DNA from: Elusimicrobiota bacterium
GTDB taxonomy: Bacteria; Elusimicrobiota; Elusimicrobia; UBA1565
Direction of reading: 5' to 3'
Assembly (NCBI GenBank): GCA_043819795.1
Contig: JBDREN010000153.1
Span: forward strand, 1-26,439
Length of the DNA stretch: 26,439 nucleotides
Made by a program: the position numbers and the translations under genes
Shown here: positions 26,115-26,439 of the stretch, piece by piece
Layout of the letters: each line of letters opens with the position of its first letter
How positions within the stretch are numbered: position 1 is the first letter of the stretch
The notes under the pieces: generated by a model
The model's input: only the letters and a program-made list of their open reading frames with translations
The model's database searches: none
What the model was told of the DNA's origin: nothing

Positions 26115-26439
26115 ATGAAGACAAACAACTTTGTGTCGATCGTCATAGTGACGGCGGTGGGCCTAAGTTTAGCTTTTGCGGGGCGCGCCGGGGCTTTGGA
26201 CTCCGATTACGACGGAATACTCGATGATGTTGATAACTGTCCGACTGTGGCGAATCCCACCCAGGCTGACTTGGATGGCGATGAGCCAGCGGTACCATCC
26301 CTGCAAAATGCCACGGAACCCGATTTGGATGACACTGCGGGTCTTTCATTGCCGCCCGGCTTTACTGCTTCGATCAGGATATATGTTCACTCCGTGACTA
26401 ATCCTTATTATTACAACTACAGCAGCACTGTCCTGGGCG
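26115..26439 (+). CDS. Secreted protein with thrombospondin type-3 (Ca-binding) repeat; runs off the window
   Basis: Not in the ORF track. AAGGAGG SD, then MKTNNFVSIVIVTAVGLSLAFAGRAGA (signal) and LDSDYDGILDDVDNCPTVANPTQADLDGD (TSP3); open to the window end. Confidence 0.85.
   Translation, partial: MKTNNFVSIVIVTAVGLSLAFAGRAGALDSDYDGILDDVDNCPTVANPTQADLDGDEPAVPSLQNATEPDLDDTAGLSLPPGFTASIRIYVHSVTNPYYYNYSSTVLG

Noticed and set aside
1..26439. CRISPR array or rRNA
   Set aside because: No regularly spaced 25-45-nt repeats or rRNA-like sequence seen.

Overview
High-GC bacterial window; the gene repertoire hints at Elusimicrobiota or a similar lineage, which is inference only. It has four parts. (1) 1-6766 (-): a tightly coupled operon behind a near-consensus sigma70 promoter with an overlapping palindrome. 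It encodes an excisionase-type HTH/receiver regulator, a ThDP-dependent acetolactate-synthase-like enzyme with no ilv partners, two tandem O-methyltransferases, an orphan family-5 solute-binding protein, a small membrane protein and the start of a membrane sensor-like protein. This is the best candidate for an undescribed system: a 'make a small molecule and sense it' circuit. A COG4313-type outer-membrane channel, an SDR and a PDZ protein lie upstream on the same strand. (2) 10092-18298 (+): a complete yerC/trpR-like-hisGDC(NB)HAF(IE) operon with a visible operator, followed by an SDR. (3) 18329-24634: a MazEF-like TA pair, a frameshifted secreted protein, a ~1450-aa multidomain surface protein and an unannotated 45-aa membrane microprotein. 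(4) 24762-26439: a decayed mobile junction with a 5'-truncated AAA/DUF4143 gene, the 3' half of tRNA-Glu(CTC) (att-like), an internally deleted group IIC intron, and an AT-richer promoter with three 11-bp-period TTGTCA repeats ahead of a thrombospondin type-3 repeat protein. All family calls come from motif recognition by eye; no database searches were run.
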